A program made the position numbers and the translations under genes. A stretch of DNA of 32,000 bases from Crocosphaera subtropica ATCC 51142 (lineage in GTDB: Bacteria > Cyanobacteriota > Cyanobacteriia > Cyanobacteriales > Microcystaceae). Position 1 is the stretch's first letter. Every line of letters begins with the position of its first letter. Below, in pieces: positions 26,854 through 32,000 of this stretch. The stretch covers positions 360,001-392,000 of the forward strand of contig NC_010547.1 of NCBI RefSeq assembly GCF_000017845.1, read 5' to 3'. The notes under the pieces are model-generated. The model saw only the letters and a list, made by a program, of their open reading frames with translations, did no database searches and was not told where the DNA came from.

Positions 26854-28695
26854 CTAATGTCCCCAAGTATTAATAACAATAATCGATAAAAACCCTAATA
26901 CAGTGGACATTCCTACAATAGAACCCCCTTTCGCATAAGCTTCGGGTAACATGGTTTCAGAAATGACGGTTAACATGGCACCTGCGGCCATCGCTCCCAC
27001 CAAAGAAACCCAATTTTCAGGAACATTGGCAAATAAAATAGTCCCCACCGACGCTAAAATACCCGTAATTAACATAATTGAACTCCACATAATTAAAATT
27101 TTCCTCACAGAAAACCCTTGTTCTTTCATGCCATGAGAACTAGAAAAAGCTTCTGGATAGTTAGAAATAAATAACCCTGCTAAGAGAGAGGGGCTTAGAG
27201 GTGCAGTGATAATATGCGCTCCAATGGTCAAAGCTTCTGGAATACCATCCATTAATAATCCTAACCAGATGGCCATGGGTGCATCTTTATGTTGAGCAAC
27301 GGTATTAGATAGGGTACTTGTTGAGGGAATTAAATGACCCGCATTCATACTTTGACAAGCTTTTTCGACCCATTGTCCAGCTTGAGATGAGGTAAAATTT
27401 TGTTGTTTGAGAAGATAATTCTCCATTTTGGGTTGTTCTAAAAACTTTTTGACACTGTCTTCGAGGTTTTTTGATTGTTGTAACATTTCCTCAAAATCCC
27501 GTTTTCTTAGTACCCAAACTTGTACATCGGTTAAAGCGATGGCACTAACAGTATGTTTCGCTCCAGTAACAAAAGATAATTCCCCAACAGGATCGCCTGG
27601 TTTTAAAACAAGAGGGGGTTTTTGCAAATGATGAGGATAAACAATTTCGATTTCCCCTTGATGAATAATAAAGAGACGATCTGAGTCTTCTTCTGGTTGA
27701 AAAAAGACATGACCATCTTTACGATGATGATAAGTTAAACGTTGGGCAATTTCTAGGAGTTCATGGTGGTATAAATAACGAAAAATAGGAAATCTTGTAA
27801 TCTGTCGGGCAATTTGTAAAAAGTCTGAGGTATGACGCTCAATTTCAACGGCGGGTAACATAACCCCTTCTTGGTGTAATTTTTGGATAGCTTTTTTTAA
27901 CCAATGGTTAACTTGAATTTCATCCAGCTTTTGGCGTTGTTGTAAATAGTTAGAAAGGTCTTGAGTTTTCCAAAATAATTCTATTTGTTGGCAAAGATAG
28001 GGAGAGGTGGGCAATAATTGTTCAAAGTCCGGACGGGGTAAAATATCAATTTCAGTTTCTTCTGTGGTTTGGGCAACGGTTTGATGAGGAGAAGCGGTTA
28101 AAAAGGCAAATTGTCCAAAAACATCGTTTTCTTCCAGTTTTTTAAAAGATTGAAAATCAGTTTGAGGATCTAATAATTTAACTTGTCCTTTTCTAACAAT
28201 ATAAAGACTTTCACTGGGATCTCCTTGTCGATAAATGGTTGTTTTGGGAGGATAATGAGCAGATAATAAGACTTTAGCTAATTTTTGTCTCAGAGATTGT
28301 GGGGATTTTTGAAACAAGTTAATTCGTTTAAAATTAGTCACCCGTTGTTGAAAACGACGGGATTGTTTTTGAGTTAAATGAGAAAGCGTTGTGGAGGGTT
28401 TGCGTAAAAAACCGCCAGAATTATTGACTAATTGATTAACAAAAGTAAAGAACAAACTGCCGAGAATTGAACCGATGACTAACTCTATAATATGTCCTTT
28501 TCGGGTCGCACTTCCTACTAAGTCAATGACTAAAGCTGCTAATAAAGCTCCACTACCAAAAGCCGTTAAAAAGGCTATCATACGAGAAACGGGAGTCCAT
28601 AGTAAAGCACTGATAGAACCTAAAGGCATGGAACAGGCACTAATGATTCCATAAACAAAAGCGGTTATGACAGGAGAAGTTGAAAGAAGGGTCAT
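26854..28695 (-). CDS. ZIP-family (ZupT/GufA-like) metal permease with two tandem CNB domains inserted in the central cytoplasmic loop
   Basis: There are three TM helices at the N-terminus. Two CNB-like domains follow (track aa ~140-245 and ~313-420). Next come ZIP TM4/TM5-like motifs (LMDGIPEALTIG, FISNYPEAFSS) and the C-terminal AGAMLTVISETMLPEA. I prefer the ATG at 28695 (MTLLST). The ORF track starts at a TTG at 28737. Confidence 0.8.
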   Translation of the reverse strand: MTLLSTSPVITAFVYGIISACSMPLGSISALLWTPVSRMIAFLTAFGSGALLAALVIDLVGSATRKGHIIELVIGSILGSLFFTFVNQLVNNSGGFLRKPSTTLSHLTQKQSRRFQQRVTNFKRINLFQKSPQSLRQKLAKVLLSAHYPPKTTIYRQGDPSESLYIVRKGQVKLLDPQTDFQSFKKLEENDVFGQFAFLTASPHQTVAQTTEETEIDILPRPDFEQLLPTSPYLCQQIELFWKTQDLSNYLQQRQKLDEIQVNHWLKKAIQKLHQEGVMLPAVEIERHTSDFLQIARQITRFPIFRYLYHHELLEIAQRLTYHHRKDGHVFFQPEEDSDRLFIIHQGEIEIVYPHHLQKPPLVLKPGDPVGELSFVTGAKHTVSAIALTDVQVWVLRKRDFEEMLQQSKNLEDSVKKFLEQPKMENYLLKQQNFTSSQAGQWVEKACQSMNAGHLIPSTSTLSNTVAQHKDAPMAIWLGLLMDGIPEALTIGAHIITAPLSPSLLAGLFISNYPEAFSSSHGMKEQGFSVRKILIMWSSIMLITGILASVGTILFANVPENWVSLVGAMAAGAMLTVISETMLPEAYAKGGSIVGMSTVLGFLSIIVINTWGH

Positions 28696-28875
28696 GAGTA
28701 ATAAAAAATGCCTAAAAAAATCATTTCTTTTGATCAAATAATACTCTTGAGATATATCGAGTTGAATTCTATTAACTTAAATAAAGATTAAGATTTCTTT
28801 TGTTAATTTTTATTTAATCATTTCTTAAAATAGCCTCATTATTATTCTTATGAATTTAGTGGTAGGAACTATTAA

Positions 28876-30102
28876 GTGATTAATATTCTAGTTCTCAATG
28901 CAGGTTCTAGCAGTCAAAAAAGCTGTCTGTATTGTTTAGATGAAAAAGAGTTACCTCAAGAAACCCAAAAACCCATTTGGAGTGCCAATATTGATTGGAC
29001 GGCGACTAGCAATCAAGGAGTTTTTAATGTTAAAGCGAATGGAATCAAACAACATTTAACTCTCGAATCCAATGACCATCATCAAGGGATTCGTCAAATG
29101 CTGGATACTTTAATTCAGGGAAAGACAAAAGTTATTGATAATTTTTCTGCCATTAATCTGGTTGGTCATAGAGTGGTTCACGGAGGAACGAACTACTCAG
29201 AAGCGACCTTGATTAATTCAGATGTTAAGGCAACGATTACCGAATTAATTCCTCTGGCTCCTACTCATAATCCTGCTCATCTTGAAGGAATAGAAATCAT
29301 TGAAAGTATCTTGAATAATATTCCTCAAGTTGCCGTTTTTGATACAGCTTTTCATAGTCAAATGCCTCTGGAAAATGCAGCTTATCCGATTCCTTACCAA
29401 TGGCTAGAAAAAGGAATTCGTCGCTATGGTTTTCATGGGATTAGTCATCAATATTGTGCTAATCGTGTCGCCGAATTAATGAATCAACCTTTATCTTCTC
29501 TCAAATTAATTACTTGTCATTTAGGGAATGGTTGTTCTTTAGCTGCGATTAAAAATGGTATTAGTATTGATACAACGATGGGATTTACCCCCTTAGAAGG
29601 TTTAATGATGGGAACGAGAGGTGGTTCAATTGATCCGGCAATTTTAATTTACTTAATGCGAGAACATAATTTCCAAGCAGAAGAATTAAATCATTTGTTA
29701 AATCAAGAATCGGGGTTAAAAGGGATTTCTGGAATTTCTTCTGATATGAGAGCAATTTGTCAAGGAATTAAAGAAGGAAATCAACGGGCAAAATTAGCCT
29801 TTGATATGTTCATTCATCGTCTTCATTCTTGCCTCGGTTCAATGTTGACTTCTTTAGGGGGATTAGATGCTCTTGTTTTCACCGCAGGAATTGGAGAAAA
29901 TTCGACAATTGTTCGAGAAAAAGCTTGTGAGGCTTTGAGTTTTTTAGGGTTAGAATTAGACTTGTTTAAAAATAATGATTCTCCTGTCGGTGTAGATATT
30001 TCTAGCTCTGATTCATCTATAAAAGTCTTTGTGATTCAGACTCAAGAAGATTGGGCGATCGCTCAATCTTCTTGGCAATTATATAACTCTCTCTCACATT
30101 AA
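28876..30102 (+). CDS. ackA: acetate kinase
   Basis: 408 aa with a GTG start, carrying ILVLNAGSSSQK, GHRVVHGG, VFDTAFH, RRYGFHGISH and FTAGIGENS. Confidence 0.95.
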   Translation: MINILVLNAGSSSQKSCLYCLDEKELPQETQKPIWSANIDWTATSNQGVFNVKANGIKQHLTLESNDHHQGIRQMLDTLIQGKTKVIDNFSAINLVGHRVVHGGTNYSEATLINSDVKATITELIPLAPTHNPAHLEGIEIIESILNNIPQVAVFDTAFHSQMPLENAAYPIPYQWLEKGIRRYGFHGISHQYCANRVAELMNQPLSSLKLITCHLGNGCSLAAIKNGISIDTTMGFTPLEGLMMGTRGGSIDPAILIYLMREHNFQAEELNHLLNQESGLKGISGISSDMRAICQGIKEGNQRAKLAFDMFIHRLHSCLGSMLTSLGGLDALVFTAGIGENSTIVREKACEALSFLGLELDLFKNNDSPVGVDISSSDSSIKVFVIQTQEDWAIAQSSWQLYNSLSH

Positions 30103-30210
30103 TTAAGAAAAGGTAAATTATAGTTTATCGTTGAATTATTTATTTTTTCTTAGGGAATGACGACGACAAAAATCTGCTATAAACAAAAACAAATAGGATA
30201 AAGAAAAAAC

Positions 30211-30228
30211 TCAATCAGAATTGATTGA
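30211..30228. promoter_or_regulatory. 18-bp palindrome upstream of xfp (candidate operator)
   Basis: TCAATCA-GAAT-TGATTGA ends 37 bp before the xfp ATG, in the 162-bp ackA-xfp spacer. Confidence 0.3.
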
Positions 30229-30264
30229 CTCCGTAACTCACAATTCTCTAAACAATGGATAACT

Positions 30265-32000
30265 ATGGTTGCAACCCCGAATAAACCACAAATACAAGAA
30301 ACTCCTTTATCTCCCGAAGAATTGAGAAAAATCCATGCTTACTGGCGAGCTTGTAACTACCTAGCCGTTGGTATGATTTATTTAAAAGATAATCCTTTAC
30401 TCAAAGAAACCTTAACCGAAGACCATGTTAAAAACCGTTTATTAGGTCATTGGGGTTCAAGTCCAGGATTGAGTTTTGTCTATATACATCTTAATCGTCT
30501 TATCAAAAAACATGACTTAGATATTGTTTATATGGCAGGTCCAGGTCATGGTGCGCCAGGTATTTTAGGACCGGTTTATTTAGAAGGAACCTACTCAGAA
30601 GTTTACCCCGATAAAAGTGAAGATGAAGAAGGAATGAAAGCCTTTTTCAAACAATTTTCTTTCCCTGGTGGTATCGGTAGTCATTGCACCCCAGAAACCC
30701 CCGGCTCGATCCATGAAGGGGGAGAATTAGGTTATAGTTTATCCCATGCTTACGGTTCTATCCTAGATAACCCGGATCTGATTACGGTTGCTGTGGTGGG
30801 AGATGGAGAAGCAGAAACCGGACCTCTGGCTACGGCTTGGCATTCTAATAAATTTATTAATCCTATCCGAGATGGTGCCGTTTTACCCGTTTTACACCTG
30901 AATGGTTATAAAATTGCTAATCCTACTATTTTAGCTCGTATTTCTCACGAAGAATTAGAATGTCTCTTTAAAGGGTACGGTTATAAGCCTTATTTTGTGG
31001 AAGGGTCTGAGCCTGAGATTATGCACCAGAAAATGGCTGCAACCCTGGAAACCGCCATTTCAGAGATCAAAGCCATTCAAAAAGAAGCCCGTGACACAGG
31101 CGTGGCCAAGCGTCCTATGTGGCCGATGATTGTGTTACGTTCTCCTAAAGGGTGGACTGGACCGAAAGAAGTGGATGGTAAAAAGACCGAAGACTTCTGG
31201 CGATCGCACCAAGTCCCCTTATCGGGAATGCACAACAACCCCGAACACATCAAAATCTTAGAAGACTGGTTAAAAAGCTATAAACCCGAAGAACTCTTTG
31301 ATGAAAACGGTACATTAATCCCAGAATTAAAAGACTTAGCTCCCACAGGACACCGTCGCATGAGTGCCACCCTTTACGCTAACGGTGGGTTATTAAGAAA
31401 AGACCTGAAAATGCCCGATTTTCGGGAGTATGGCGTAGAAGTGGACCAACCGGGTGCAGTAGAAGCGGAAAATACTCGACCCTTGGGTGTGTTTTTACGG
31501 GATGTTATGAGAAATAACATGACCACCTTCCGAGTATTTGGACCCGATGAAACCGCTTCTAACCGTCTTAATGCTATTTATGAAGTCAGCAAAAAAGTAT
31601 GGATGGCTGATATCATTGATGCAGATGCAGACGGCACAGAAATCACCACCGATGGCCGGGTGATGGAAATGTTAAGTGAACATACCTTACAAGGTTGGTT
31701 AGAAGGGTATTTATTAACCGGTCGTCATGGCTTTTTCCACACTTATGAAGCGTTTGCCCATGTGGTTGATTCGATGTTTAATCAACACGCAAAATGGTTA
31801 GATATCTGCAAAAATGAAGTGCCTTGGCGTGCGCCTATTTCTTCTTTAAATATTCTCCTTTCTTCAACGGTTTGGAGACAAGATCATAACGGTTTCTCTC
31901 ACCAAGATCCCGGATATGTGGACTTAGTAACGAACAAGAGTGCTGAGGTGGTTCGGGTTTATTTTCCTCCTGATGTCAACTGTTTATTATCCGTTGCTAA
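30265..32000 (+). CDS. xfp: phosphoketolase (xylulose-5-P/fructose-6-P phosphoketolase), partial: continues past the right edge
   Basis: Absent from the ORF track because it has no stop in the window. The ATG at 30265 opens [46 protein letters not shown]...[11 protein letters not shown]...[10 protein letters not shown]...[14 protein letters not shown]...[12 protein letters not shown]. These are hallmark XFP/ThDP motifs, and the frame stays open to 32000. Confidence 0.95.
   Translation, partial: MVATPNKPQIQETPLSPEELRKIHAYWRACNYLAVGMIYLKDNPLLKETLTEDHVKNRLLGHWGSSPGLSFVYIHLNRLIKKHDLDIVYMAGPGHGAPGILGPVYLEGTYSEVYPDKSEDEEGMKAFFKQFSFPGGIGSHCTPETPGSIHEGGELGYSLSHAYGSILDNPDLITVAVVGDGEAETGPLATAWHSNKFINPIRDGAVLPVLHLNGYKIANPTILARISHEELECLFKGYGYKPYFVEGSEPEIMHQKMAATLETAISEIKAIQKEARDTGVAKRPMWPMIVLRSPKGWTGPKEVDGKKTEDFWRSHQVPLSGMHNNPEHIKILEDWLKSYKPEELFDENGTLIPELKDLAPTGHRRMSATLYANGGLLRKDLKMPDFREYGVEVDQPGAVEAENTRPLGVFLRDVMRNNMTTFRVFGPDETASNRLNAIYEVSKKVWMADIIDADADGTEITTDGRVMEMLSEHTLQGWLEGYLLTGRHGFFHTYEAFAHVVDSMFNQHAKWLDICKNEVPWRAPISSLNILLSSTVWRQDHNGFSHQDPGYVDLVTNKSAEVVRVYFPPDVNCLLSVA

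Overview
AT-rich cyanobacterial DNA. It carries seven copies of the HIP1 palindrome GCGATCGC, and the gene content looks Cyanothece/Crocosphaera-like (inferred, not searched). The window has two parts. (1) Positions 1 to ~9.9 kb are a plasmid-like patch of decayed mobile DNA. It holds a membrane-tailed AAA+ ATPase with a micro-ORF and a partial nuclease-like gene. Next is a parA cut off by inverted arrays of heptamer repeats. Then come a rearranged Tn3-family remnant with an RHH passenger gene and a 586-bp cadherin-like gene fragment trapped between transposon ends. After that is a compact 3.75-kb Tn3-family transposon with perfect 39-bp terminal inverted repeats, a tyrosine recombinase and a frameshifted tnpA, followed by an IS5-type transposase remnant. 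(2) Positions ~10 to 32 kb form a central-carbon and polyphosphate island. It contains a CHAD protein, a decayed pfkA bracketed by a 21-bp inverted repeat, a GGDEF gene that has lost its catalytic core, a stand-alone CNB protein, and ppk1. An eno-pgi-pyk-gpmA operon and ackA plus xfp (phosphoketolase, runs off the right edge) complete it. Between the glycolytic operon and ackA/xfp sits the most unusual locus, a three-gene operon. It encodes a ZIP-family permease whose cytoplasmic loop is replaced by two non-canonical cyclic-nucleotide-binding domains, a substrate-binding/VWA lipoprotein with an intact MIDAS motif, and a membrane-anchored substrate-binding-like protein. I propose it as a candidate ligand-gated metal uptake or sensing system. 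I found no rRNA, tRNA or CRISPR array. All family assignments come from motif recognition by eye, and no database search was possible.
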